Source: a virus. Taken from it: DNA of 64,000 nucleotides. The position numbers were made by a program, and so were the translations under genes. Shown in pieces: positions 1 through 9,071 of this stretch (position 1 is the first letter of the stretch; each line of letters starts with the position of its first letter). The DNA lies in the IMG/VR virus record IMGVR_UViG_3300037483_000361, positions 1 to 64,000 of that record; one strand, 5' to 3'. Below the pieces are notes generated by a model. It saw only the letters and a program-made list of their open reading frames with translations. It did no database searches and was not told the origin of the DNA.

Positions 1-336
1 CTCAGAAATGATAGTGATGCGAGGGAGCGGAGAAGCAATGATGTTCTTGCCCGTAAGGTTCTGATCTAGTGACCGACCTTGAAGGTTGAACATGTGTTCT
101 CGCACATTGAACTGATTTACCTGATGCGCATACTCGGTGATTGCTTCCTCAAAACAGGCGTAAAAGTGTTTGTCAACAAGCTCTACATCAAGAGTGGGAA
201 AGCCGAGTTTGCGGGCGCACCAGTCAGCAACTTTAGGCGCATCCTGAACAAACCGTTCGTCGTTATCGTAGAATGAAAACGGTGTCAGTCCGACCGGATT
301 CTCACCCCTACCCTTCCATACGACTGGTTCTGCCAT
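1..336 (-). CDS. Neck protein, T4 gp13-like (runs off the window edge)
   Basis: Not in the ORF track. Manual translation from ATG 336 gives MAEPVVWKG...CARKLGFPTLDVELVDKHFYACFEEAI, matching the gp13-type LG.P...VEL motif; it follows the capsid gene and has an upstream TACTTATA motif. Confidence 0.75.
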   Translation of the reverse strand, partial: MAEPVVWKGRGENPVGLTPFSFYDNDERFVQDAPKVADWCARKLGFPTLDVELVDKHFYACFEEAITEYAHQVNQFNVREHMFNLQGRSLDQNLTGKNIIASPLPRITIISE

Positions 337-373
337 GCTGGGACCTCATAAGCATACGGATTCTACAACTGAC

Positions 374-381
374 TATAAGTA
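374..381 (-). promoter_or_regulatory. Putative late promoter motif TACTTATA
   Basis: The motif recurs in intergenic gaps upstream of structural genes; this copy lies about 38 nt before ATG 336. Confidence 0.6.
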
Positions 382-414
382 GTCTATACCTTCGTCCTAC
401 AACCGGTTAGCATG

Positions 415-443
415 AAAACGAGGAGACGTAATGCCTCCTCGTT
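415..443 (-). terminator. Rho-independent terminator
   Basis: Hairpin ACGAGGAGGC...GTCTCCTCGT followed by TTT on the minus strand. Confidence 0.65.
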
Positions 444-466
444 CATCAACTCAACCCAATCAAGTA

Positions 467-1123
467 TTATGCCTGTGATCCGCTCGAGTATTCGGTGATG
501 CGAATGAATCCCGCCACACCTGTAGCTCCGCCTGCGCTGTTGATGCCGCCGCTGCCACCCGAACCAAATGCAGACCCTGCTACGGACTGTGCGGCCGCGC
601 CACCAAGACCAGCTTTCACTACGAAACCGCCTTTGCGGATGGTGTTGGCTTGTGCCTTGCCGTACTCCACGACCAATCCTGCAGTTCCCGGTGCGCCAGT
701 CAACTGCAACGATCCTGAGTGGCCAACGCCACCTGCTCCGCCGCCAGCTGCGATGCTTGCTGCTGCCGTATCACCGGCCGCACCACCACTCGCTGCGCAA
801 ATGACGACAGAACCAGTTGCGATCAAAGTGACACCGCCTCGAGCGCCTGCGGCGCCTGCTGCGCCAACTGCTACAGTGAACACAAACTGCGTGCCCGATA
901 GCGGGGCTCCGTGCAAAGGCGTGGTGCAATCCTTGAATGCGGCTGCATACGCGCCTCCGCCGCCTCCGCCACCTGCTGATGGCAATGCGCCGGCGTTTCC
1001 ACCACCACCGCCACCACCAATACACTCAACATAGAAGCCTGTGGTGTTTTCCGATGCAGTGTATTCCGTAACGCTGCCGCTAATGATGCGAGTAGCGAGA
1101 TATGAGCCAGAGTGGAAAGACAT
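467..1123 (-). CDS. Glycine-rich virion (head decoration or fibre-like) protein
   Basis: ECIGGGGGGG and G.IRITEY motifs are typical of phage Gly-rich domains; an upstream TACTTATA lies at 1161-1168. Confidence 0.6.
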   Translation of the reverse strand: MSFHSGSYLATRIISGSVTEYTASENTTGFYVECIGGGGGGGNAGALPSAGGGGGGGAYAAAFKDCTTPLHGAPLSGTQFVFTVAVGAAGAAGARGGVTLIATGSVVICAASGGAAGDTAAASIAAGGGAGGVGHSGSLQLTGAPGTAGLVVEYGKAQANTIRKGGFVVKAGLGGAAAQSVAGSAFGSGGSGGINSAGGATGVAGFIRITEYSSGSQA

Positions 1124-1204
1124 AGTAGTATCCTCAAAATGTTGTTGCTAAATCGTCTGCTATAAGTAGTGCGAATAGTGAGAAAGCATTATGCGATTAA
1201 GCAT

Positions 1205-1933
1205 CTATACGTGAGTCCACGATTTTCGTTGCAGAATACTCAATATGGTTTTTCTGTCTACTCCATACTTCTTTGCTAATCGTTGAAGTCCAAACTTGAA
1301 CGGAACATATTCTTCTCGTATGCTGACAACTTGTTTTTCAGTAAGTTTGGAGTTGACATGGCTAGAGCCGCGAACTCTAGTTCGTTTATAGTTCTCTCGC
1401 ACTTCCGATGAACAAACACACCCCAGTCGTTGAGTTTGCAATCGCTTCAACTGATCTGGATGAGTTTTATAGTGGAGAACGAGCGCCCTACGAAACTTTT
1501 GTTTATTTTTTGGAGATTGAAACCATGCTTGGATTGCTTTGGATAGATTTTTCTTGTGAGTTTCCGTTTTAGGGCGGCCTCGATGCGCATCTCCTATATG
1601 TTTCTTGTGCTCAATAGCATGAGGAATCCCCATCATATTAGGTGGTGCATCCGCTGTTGGGTTGATGTTATATAGAAGTCCCGAAACCCACCATTTATCC
1701 AAATGCTGTTGTTCTATTAGTAAAAGTTTGGTTCGAGAACATTGTTCTATACACTCCACACTAAATGCATCTTTTCCATATTTGTTCCATGCTGCTTGAA
1801 GATGAGGATTATCATGAGCATTGGTATTAAGTTTCCATTTATGAGTATACCAACGATGCTGCACATCATTGGCCGATCCGATGTAGAATTTCTTGCTTTT
1901 GGTGTTTCTAATATAATAGATGCCACAGCTCAT
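1205..1933 (-). CDS. Free-standing GIY-YIG homing endonuclease with NUMOD3-like repeats and C-terminal HTH
   Basis: CGIYYIRN...FYIGS motif, H..EHKK.I repeats and SKLTEKQV..IR HTH. Start moved to MSCGIY (GAGG RBS). Confidence 0.9.
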   Translation of the reverse strand: MSCGIYYIRNTKSKKFYIGSANDVQHRWYTHKWKLNTNAHDNPHLQAAWNKYGKDAFSVECIEQCSRTKLLLIEQQHLDKWWVSGLLYNINPTADAPPNMMGIPHAIEHKKHIGDAHRGRPKTETHKKNLSKAIQAWFQSPKNKQKFRRALVLHYKTHPDQLKRLQTQRLGCVCSSEVRENYKRTRVRGSSHVNSKLTEKQVVSIREEYVPFKFGLQRLAKKYGVDRKTILSILQRKSWTHV

Positions 1934-1984
1934 AAAACTACCTCTTGAAATGACCACACCTATACATAGTTCGTATTAGCATGA

Positions 1985-2012
1985 AAAAGCCCAGTCATTT
2001 CTGACTGAGCTT
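1985..2012 (-). terminator. Terminator downstream of the major capsid gene
   Basis: AGCTCAGTCA-GAAA-TGACTGGGCT followed by TTTT. Confidence 0.8.
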
Positions 2013-2039
2013 CCTCATTACAGATTACTTTCGATCAGA

Positions 2040-3767
2040 TTATAGGAGGGAAATTCCCTTAACCAAAATCTTACCGTAGAATTCCGGTCGGACAATCTTC
2101 TTCGCGTAGCGGGTTAGAACGCCCCTGCGCGGAGTAAAGTTGTCAGGATCGTAGACAAGCGGAGTCATTACGAGAGGAACATATGGCGCATATACAGCAC
2201 CGGTCTCTAGGAAGTTTGCTCCCTTGTAGCCAAGAAGGATGACGTTCGTCAACATATACGGGTTCTTGTAGACCGTATAGCGGTTCTGGAAGGAACCGAT
2301 CTGAGTCACGCCTGCTGCATACTTCATCTTGTCACCGTCAGTCTCGACCGTGAAACCAGGAATGGTTTCAAGAATCGTGGACACGTCCGGCGAGCAGACT
2401 AGGAAGTTTGCTCCACCACGCATGGTTAGCTGGTGAATCTTGTTGCTGACCTTCTGAATCTTCTGACCAAGCGTTTCAAACCATGTCTGGTTCGTCCATG
2501 CTTGACCAGCAAGTGTTGAACTTGCTGCGAACACACCATTAGTGAATACTTCACCAATTGTGGTTGACCAGAAATCAGTCGTTTGTGCGTTGATCATCAG
2601 CATGTCCAAAATCTCAAGGTCAATTTCGAGTGAGATATACTCGCTCAACATTGCCGTTAGCTCGGCCTCAGCGTCGATGCTGTGGTAAGCGTTAAGGTCT
2701 TGTGCCAATTCTGGCGTCCAGACAGCCTTCAACTTACGGGTCTTTGCAACGATTGGAATGGAACGAAGTTCCAAGTCAATCTGCGGAATACCCAACGAAG
2801 CCTGTGCTGTACCTGCATCATCAACAACTTCGGAGCGTGTATCTTCGAAGTCTCCACGAGTGGAGTCCGTCGGCTGACGGTGATAAACGACACTGGACAA
2901 TGCCTGTCCCAAATCTGCGATGAAAGTCACCCAATCAACGCCCTGTGAGGAACTGATATGCGTGAATTCAGGCAACCAACCAGTCAATGCGGTAAAGCCC
3001 GCGGAGACTGATCCAGTACCAGGAACGAATGCGCGGATACCTTCAAAGTCAGGACGAGTAAATGCGCTCATCGAAACTTGATATGCCATCAGGTTCGTTG
3101 CAAATGTACCTGCTGCTGGGTTGGTGATGAGTTCGTTATAGTTGACCGAAGCCGAATCAAGCGGTGTGCCTGCGCCGGCTGCTGTCGTTCCAGTCGAACC
3201 CGACAATGCAGTGCCAATAATGGTAAGTTCCTGATCGTTGATCGAATAGCCGAACTTACCGTCGCCGTATAGACCGCCCTGTGGGACGACCGATGCGGAT
3301 GGGAACATTGCTCCCTTGCTGCTCGTCTTGGTAATACCAAAGACGGAATCAGAGGTCGCGCGACCAGGCTTTGCACCGGATGCTAGACCACCGTACTTGA
3401 AGTCCATGAAGAAAATCAGGCCGGAAGGAAGGTTCATCGGCTGAATGCTGACGAACTCCTTAGCTGCGATTTCCCCAAAGACCTTTCGAACCAATGGAAG
3501 GGCTACGCCTGCCCACTGTTCGCCCGATCCTGCCGTACCGATACCGATACCAGCGGAGCTCGGATTAGTCGTTGTGCTCTCGTCGATGAGCTGACGGGCT
3601 TGGTTCTCTAAGAGAACAGCCATACCATGACGCTGTGCTTCGCCGTCTAGTCCCTCAAGTAGTCCTGTTGGGGTCCACTTGCTAACCAAACCACGAGTCT
3701 GCTCTAGGAGCGCTCGCTGAGGCGTCTGGGCTTCAGCCATCAACTGGCGGATGTTAATACCACTCAT
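2040..3767 (-). CDS. gp23: Major capsid protein, T4 gp23-like
   Basis: QPMNLPSGLIF, AKTRKLKAVWTPELAQDLNAYHSIDAEAEL, YAPYVPL and FTPRRGVLTRY motifs. Confidence 0.97.
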   Translation of the reverse strand: MSGINIRQLMAEAQTPQRALLEQTRGLVSKWTPTGLLEGLDGEAQRHGMAVLLENQARQLIDESTTTNPSSAGIGIGTAGSGEQWAGVALPLVRKVFGEIAAKEFVSIQPMNLPSGLIFFMDFKYGGLASGAKPGRATSDSVFGITKTSSKGAMFPSASVVPQGGLYGDGKFGYSINDQELTIIGTALSGSTGTTAAGAGTPLDSASVNYNELITNPAAGTFATNLMAYQVSMSAFTRPDFEGIRAFVPGTGSVSAGFTALTGWLPEFTHISSSQGVDWVTFIADLGQALSSVVYHRQPTDSTRGDFEDTRSEVVDDAGTAQASLGIPQIDLELRSIPIVAKTRKLKAVWTPELAQDLNAYHSIDAEAELTAMLSEYISLEIDLEILDMLMINAQTTDFWSTTIGEVFTNGVFAASSTLAGQAWTNQTWFETLGQKIQKVSNKIHQLTMRGGANFLVCSPDVSTILETIPGFTVETDGDKMKYAAGVTQIGSFQNRYTVYKNPYMLTNVILLGYKGANFLETGAVYAPYVPLVMTPLVYDPDNFTPRRGVLTRYAKKIVRPEFYGKILVKGISLL

Positions 3768-3794
3768 AGTGTTATTTCTCCAAAAGTTAATGGG

Positions 3795-5165
3795 TTATTT
3801 AATACCTGCTAGCTTCTTGAATCGTGCTGCGAGATCAGCGCCTTCTGCCAAAATAGTCGGCGTGGATGGAATTGTTGATTCCGACTTCGGCTTACTACGT
3901 GGCTTCGTGCTACCCGCAACTCGTGATGCTAGTCCCTCGGTAATGGATCGCTTACGCGAAACCGGCTTACCTCGGAATGCTTCCGCGAGTGTTGAAAATA
4001 CCAACTTTGCTTCGCGAATGGTTGTTGCTCTGTCAAAGTTCTCTACAACACGCATCTTCTGACGAACGTCCATATTGTACGACTTGAACAATTTGTTCGT
4101 GTAGAGCAACTTCGCGTTAAGTAGATTCACTTCATTGAGCTTACTACGCAGGTATTTAACAGCGTCCCGGTATTCCTTCAGCTCACTTCGGAGCGATGTG
4201 ACTTGAGTTTCAAGTTCATCATCCTTTTCTTCGTCCTCAATCTCTCGCAGAATTTCTTCGAGGTCGATTTCATCTTCCTCTTCCTCACCTTCTGCTTCGG
4301 AGATCGGACCAGTTTGCTTCTTCGTGCCAGCGGTGAATGAAGACTTTTCAATAGCACCAGCCTTCTCTTCACCACCTTCATCTGCACCGTGTCCGTCTGC
4401 TGCATCTTCCATGACAGGTTCTTCCTCTTCCTCACCTTCCTCACCCTCGATGCCTGGCAAGCCTACTTCTCCTTCTGCTTCGCCGGCAATATCGAGAGGC
4501 TCTTCATCCTCTTCGGGCTCGTCGGTGATGTCCGCTTCAAGCTCACGGATGATGGTTTCGAGATCAAGGTCCCGACCTTCTTCATCATCTTCTTCACCTT
4601 CCAATCCTTCAATTCCAGCATCTTCGGTATCGAGTGTCTCTTCTTCGCCACCGAGTTCTTCGCCACCAAAGTCATCTTCCTCTTCATCGCCATCAAAAGC
4701 ACCCTCAGATACCTTACGGCCTGCTGGCTGCTCTAATCCTGCGTTTTCAATGTCAGAAGAATCTCGAACATTCGCTGCTGGCTCTTTAGTATCGGTTGTA
4801 CCGTACTTCTGAGTTGCTCGTGTTGCGATGCCTGAAGACTTTAGTTGTTCTGCATCAGTTTCTGCGGTATCGTCCACTTCTTCCTGAACGAATGAAGACT
4901 TCTCAACAGCATCGACATCAGTCTCGCCGCCGTCATCAGAACCATGAGCATCGCCCTTGACTGGATCATTGATCTCTTCGAGATCATCTTCATCGTCCAT
5001 ATTCATCTCGTCATCAGCTTCGTTCTTTAGTCTGTTTGACAGCATCGAAGTTAGATGCGGCGTAAATGCCTCTTCCAAAGCGGCCTTCGCGTTAGCAAGT
5101 GCTGTCTCTCGGACGGCCTTTGCGTCAGCAATGGCGTCTCGGAGTAGCTTGTCCTTTTTTGCCAT
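3795..5165 (-). CDS. Prohead core/scaffold protein (gp22-equivalent)
   Basis: Highly acidic with a C-terminal coiled coil, many x-x-E sites, and directly upstream of the major capsid gene. Confidence 0.8.
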   Translation of the reverse strand: MAKKDKLLRDAIADAKAVRETALANAKAALEEAFTPHLTSMLSNRLKNEADDEMNMDDEDDLEEINDPVKGDAHGSDDGGETDVDAVEKSSFVQEEVDDTAETDAEQLKSSGIATRATQKYGTTDTKEPAANVRDSSDIENAGLEQPAGRKVSEGAFDGDEEEDDFGGEELGGEEETLDTEDAGIEGLEGEEDDEEGRDLDLETIIRELEADITDEPEEDEEPLDIAGEAEGEVGLPGIEGEEGEEEEEPVMEDAADGHGADEGGEEKAGAIEKSSFTAGTKKQTGPISEAEGEEEEDEIDLEEILREIEDEEKDDELETQVTSLRSELKEYRDAVKYLRSKLNEVNLLNAKLLYTNKLFKSYNMDVRQKMRVVENFDRATTIREAKLVFSTLAEAFRGKPVSRKRSITEGLASRVAGSTKPRSKPKSESTIPSTPTILAEGADLAARFKKLAGIK

Positions 5166-5317
5166 GTGATTTCCTGTTGTTCAGGAACTATTGAGAGTCC
5201 CTACGGATGGATTTATTTTGCGCATAACACCTTATAGAAGGTGTATTTCACTATTATTAAGTAGTGGGTTCATTTTCAAAACGCATGAAAAAGCAACCGT
5301 AACTACTTGATATACAC

Positions 5318-5542
5318 TTAGTTCTTAACAACGCAACGACTACGATTCACGCTGACAACTGCACCAGAAGCTAGTTGAATGCGTACGTTTGGATGCGACA
5401 ACGATAGAACATGACCAATACCATGCGGTGTATCTACCTTATCACCGCGCTTGGGAGCAGACTCATTCAGTGAGACTCCGCTCTCCTTTAGTGCTTTGCG
5501 GACTTCTTCTCGAACGATCTCCCTTACTCTTGATTCTCGCAT
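5318..5542 (-). CDS. Small putative internal head protein (IVREEV leader, SH3/KOW-like domain)
   Basis: N-terminus VREIVREEVRKALKES; KRGDKVDTPHGIGHV beta-rich domain. Confidence 0.55.
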   Translation of the reverse strand: MRESRVREIVREEVRKALKESGVSLNESAPKRGDKVDTPHGIGHVLSLSHPNVRIQLASGAVVSVNRSRCVVKN

Positions 5543-5729
5543 TTTCTTCTCTCCTTCGGCGTTTAAACGCTTCTTGCTGTTTTAACTTGCGCCGTACAGA
5601 CGGCTTAACATGATATTCATGTCGTTTCAAATCTTGAAAAATATCTGCGCGCTTAACTTTATTTTTAAACTCTGCCATTGCTCGGTCAAGAGCTTCTTGG
5701 GTGGTGCCCTTCACTTCTACATACGACAT
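5463..5729 (-). CDS. rpsU: Phage-encoded ribosomal protein bS21
   Basis: V.V...EALDRAMAEFKNKV...DLKRHEYHVKPSVRRKLK matches the bS21 signature; it lies next to head genes as in known bS21 phages. Confidence 0.88.
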   Translation of the reverse strand: MSYVEVKGTTQEALDRAMAEFKNKVKRADIFQDLKRHEYHVKPSVRRKLKQQEAFKRRRREENARIKSKGDRSRRSPQSTKGERSLTE

Positions 5730-5784
5730 ATAAACCTTCACTTTCTCTATGGAGTCTTTCTATAACTATCTGCGTGATTACAGA

Positions 5785-6060
5785 TTAGCCCTTTTCTTCC
5801 TTATTTGGTATTTCGTCCTGAGCAACGTTTCCGTTCTGAACACTGACTGTGCCCGGTTTGAATGTAGCACGCTTGCTATGATATGCAGCTGCATCTACGC
5901 CGCTCATAATTGCAATCAGTGCGGCAAACTCAGCTTGGAGGTCGCCGCCGGCCCAAACCCAAATTGCTGTACCTTGCCAAATTAGGAGCGTAACCGCTAT
6001 TCGTGTTTGAATGGTGGGCAGTTTTCCCACCAATTCAAAAATACGCTCAATCTTTGACAT
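5785..6060 (-). CDS. Small two-TM membrane protein (holin-like)
   Basis: Two hydrophobic helices and a charged C-terminus. Confidence 0.45.
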   Translation of the reverse strand: MSKIERIFELVGKLPTIQTRIAVTLLIWQGTAIWVWAGGDLQAEFAALIAIMSGVDAAAYHSKRATFKPGTVSVQNGNVAQDEIPNKEEKG

Positions 6061-7775
6061 TACTTTCGTACAGCCTTCAGTGCCAACATGGCTTCGCCGA
6101 CTGTCTTTGCTCCTGACTTGCGGAGAATGTCCTTGGCTCGGGCGTGCGTCAAACCAGTCTGACCACGAGCGAGTGCTGCGGGCGTTTTGACCGACTTGTG
6201 TGCCTGATAGTCCGATGGTGCCGGATTGACTTCGGGGATGACCGCTAGTTCATAGGCATCTCGACCGACCCACGCCAACTTTCCAGACCGCACCAATGCA
6301 TCGAGTGCTGTCTTGGCATCGGCAGGCTTGACGCCCAGCGTGCGAGCAACATCCCCACTGCTGACGGCATCCCCGTACTGCGCAGCGTGCTCGACCGCCT
6401 TGAGAACGTTCGAGTACTGCGGCGTGGATGGTGCCGGATTGGCCTCGGGAATGACGCTCTCGTGTGCATACTCAACCGCAACCACACCCGTTGGCGTTCG
6501 CATGATGTAATAGCCATTGCGACCAAAGCCCATTTTCAATGCTAACCGCTTTGCTGCACCCTCGGTTTCTTGCGGTTCCGTTTGACGAAGCTTTGGTTCT
6601 CGATGAATATACCCTTGGTTCTTCCGGGACCGGGCGCTCTTCTTTGATGACTTTGCTTCTTTCATTGTTGACCGAAGCGTAGCCAATCGTAATAGTCCAT
6701 CATCTACAGTTGAACCAAATGTTTTTTGGAGATGCTTAAACAAATCCATTCTCGTTGCGTTGGGATTACCCGATATGAACTTTCTTGCTGCACTGAGAAT
6801 ATCCATTCTTGACGGACCTGTGTCTGCTTCTCGGAGACCTTCTTTCTTTGACTCAAACGTCGGCGTGGGCTTGCCTCGCTGAACGGCTTGCCGACGGAGC
6901 TCCGAACGGCTTTGCACTCCCTTCTGCTTCTCTGCTGCGGCTTTTCGAATGCGATCCACATAATCCTCATACTCTTCTCCAGCTCGGCGAACCGGCGCGC
7001 CGATCTTTCGTGCAAGGTCATCCAATCGGGCGGCGGCCTGTCCTTCGGCGCCGGGCGTAGCTTCTTTAAACATTCCCGAGCGCGCTCCTGCGTAAGCCAA
7101 CTTGGCGACCTTCTTACCAGCTTTTGCTGCACCATGCTTTCTTGCCAAACTCTTTCTGAGCGCACGAAGGTTTGCTCCGGCGCTAGCGAGCTTCTGCATA
7201 CGAGTGGCTTCCTCTACGGGTTCTTCCTCATCAGGCTCTAACTCTTCCTTGGGCTGATTCGAGCTGCTGAATGGTTCCTGTTTCTTATCCCCGAGATTGG
7301 AGAGGTCTTCGTCCTTTGGACCTGCCAACTCGAAATACCGAGTCAAAACATTTCCCATGTCGTCATAAAGTGCTGATGCCCGTTGGTGCATTACATCTAA
7401 ATCTTCGGCAATCTTATTAAACTGTCCCGCATACTTTTTGAGTTCGCTCATGTTGCGAGAGATAGTATGCTTATCAAACCAATCACCGGCTTCTTGCATG
7501 ACGGTGGATTCGGCGAGTTCGGCAATTCGCGCAATCTCGGTTGCGATCTTGCGGAAGTTGCCCGCATCTCGAAGGCTTTCGCCGAGACGAGAGTAATTGG
7601 CGATCACCGAAACTGGATTTACTCCCATCTGCGGCTCAGCATCAATGTGTCGTTCGCCGGCATAGCCGCCGCGGTCAAAATCCTGTACATCATTGGATTC
7701 TACCGAGTCCGTGGCACTTCGTACTTTTTGTGAATAGCGGTTTGCGCCCTTCCCTGCCGCTGGATTCTGTGGCAT
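6060..7775 (-). CDS. Modular putative internal head polyprotein (includes a wHTH module)
   Basis: Located in the head cluster; short domains are separated by x-x-E-[AS] sites. Confidence 0.55.
   Translation of the reverse strand: MPQNPAAGKGANRYSQKVRSATDSVESNDVQDFDRGGYAGERHIDAEPQMGVNPVSVIANYSRLGESLRDAGNFRKIATEIARIAELAESTVMQEAGDWFDKHTISRNMSELKKYAGQFNKIAEDLDVMHQRASALYDDMGNVLTRYFELAGPKDEDLSNLGDKKQEPFSSSNQPKEELEPDEEEPVEEATRMQKLASAGANLRALRKSLARKHGAAKAGKKVAKLAYAGARSGMFKEATPGAEGQAAARLDDLARKIGAPVRRAGEEYEDYVDRIRKAAAEKQKGVQSRSELRRQAVQRGKPTPTFESKKEGLREADTGPSRMDILSAARKFISGNPNATRMDLFKHLQKTFGSTVDDGLLRLATLRSTMKEAKSSKKSARSRKNQGYIHREPKLRQTEPQETEGAAKRLALKMGFGRNGYYIMRTPTGVVAVEYAHESVIPEANPAPSTPQYSNVLKAVEHAAQYGDAVSSGDVARTLGVKPADAKTALDALVRSGKLAWVGRDAYELAVIPEVNPAPSDYQAHKSVKTPAALARGQTGLTHARAKDILRKSGAKTVGEAMLALKAVRK
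6214..6455. repeat. 29-bp imperfect direct repeat pair (VIPE[AV]NPAPS) at 6214-6242 and 6427-6455
   Basis: GATGGTGCCGGATTG is identical in both copies, which are 213 bp apart and in frame. Confidence 0.85.
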
Positions 7776-7811
7776 ATCTTTCTCCGTTTACTTTGGTATT
7801 CCTGCAATCAA

Positions 7812-9071
7812 TTAATTCTTCTTGCGTTCTGTTACTTTCTTCTTCCCAAACGGCTTTGCTTGCTTGCCCTTGAAGTTGGCGAGATTACCGGCTTCACGGA
7901 GCTTGCGTTCCTGTAGAACTTCGGTCACCTGACGACGGATGTATTCACGAAGTTTTGCGAGTTGTGGTCCTTTCATGTTATTTCTCTCCTCGGTTTCTAG
8001 GCCGCGTGGGTGCGTCCATGTTGCTGCATCTTTGTCGGAAATGGCCCCACTCCTTGCCAACATATTTATGTAGTCGTTCCATGCTTCTCTGCGCGCGGGC
8101 TTATCGGGAATTTTATTCTTCTCATATTGCATTTTGATTGACGGAAGAATCTCGCGCTTGAAGTCCCGCCATGCTTGATCCAGCGTCAAGGCATACGATA
8201 TATATGATCCAGCGGCTTCTTTCTTGACAGCGTTCTCCTTGAAATTTCCAACAGTAGTGGGCTTTACATGATATGTGCTCTTGAAAAACACGTTCTTCTC
8301 AATGGGCAACGCAACATATCGTTTTGCTCCGCCGGCGGCGCGCATCTTGTCAAGCTTAGCAAGAACCTCTTTCTTATGAGAATTGACCCACGCGATTGCT
8401 TCTTTCTCGTTTGTTGCTACTGATGTTGGAACATAATATCGTACCGTGCGATGGTCGTAGTATTTACCATCATAGATGTTTGCTGGAATATGGACGGCAA
8501 AAACTTGAGTATCTGCCTCAGCGATGACGGCTTCTTTCTTGACATTCTTGACTTCTTTAACGGGCGGCTCCTGGGCCTCGGACTGCGCTCGATAGGAACC
8601 TTCAATGATGTCCCCTAGAAACTCGGCCAATTCACTGTTGTACGTATCAATGGCCTGCATCGTCAAATCGGTCAACTTTTGAACCATTCGCCGAACAGGC
8701 GTTCCTTTAGCAAGACCATTAGAAATAGCAGCAACTATCTTTGCTTGTTGTAGTCCATCAGAAACTATAGCATGATATTTCTTAGGATTGGTAAATATAG
8801 CGGCATGATGAGCGTGCGCATCTTTCACTTCAGGAATAGCTCTCATAAGCTGCTGTGCTGCCGTGCTTTTGTTCAGACCCTCTTGTATGGCTGCTTCTTT
8901 CTTGACGTGCGCTGGCAAGCCCTTGCGAGGCGTTGCGGCGAAGTCCGTTGCCGACTTCTTCTTCATCGACCCGGCTGCCTTGGCAACCGCAGGACTGGCC
9001 GGCTTCGCACCTTTCTGTGTAGCATGAACCATGCCCATGAACTTTTGCTGTGCTTGGCTTTTTGCTGGCAT
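7812..9071 (-). CDS. Modular putative internal head polyprotein with N-terminal DUF3008-like domain
   Basis: PAKSQAQQKFMGMV...DFAATPRKGLP; three VKKEA linkers; C-terminal LREYIRRQVTEVLQE. Confidence 0.6.
   Translation of the reverse strand: MPAKSQAQQKFMGMVHATQKGAKPASPAVAKAAGSMKKKSATDFAATPRKGLPAHVKKEAAIQEGLNKSTAAQQLMRAIPEVKDAHAHHAAIFTNPKKYHAIVSDGLQQAKIVAAISNGLAKGTPVRRMVQKLTDLTMQAIDTYNSELAEFLGDIIEGSYRAQSEAQEPPVKEVKNVKKEAVIAEADTQVFAVHIPANIYDGKYYDHRTVRYYVPTSVATNEKEAIAWVNSHKKEVLAKLDKMRAAGGAKRYVALPIEKNVFFKSTYHVKPTTVGNFKENAVKKEAAGSYISYALTLDQAWRDFKREILPSIKMQYEKNKIPDKPARREAWNDYINMLARSGAISDKDAATWTHPRGLETEERNNMKGPQLAKLREYIRRQVTEVLQERKLREAGNLANFKGKQAKPFGKKKVTERKKN
8213..8906. repeat. Three in-frame direct repeats encoding VKKEA
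   Basis: CGGCTTCTTTCTTGACA at 8213-8229 and 8528-8544; its 14-bp core GCTTCTTTCTTGAC at 8893-8906. Confidence 0.85.
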
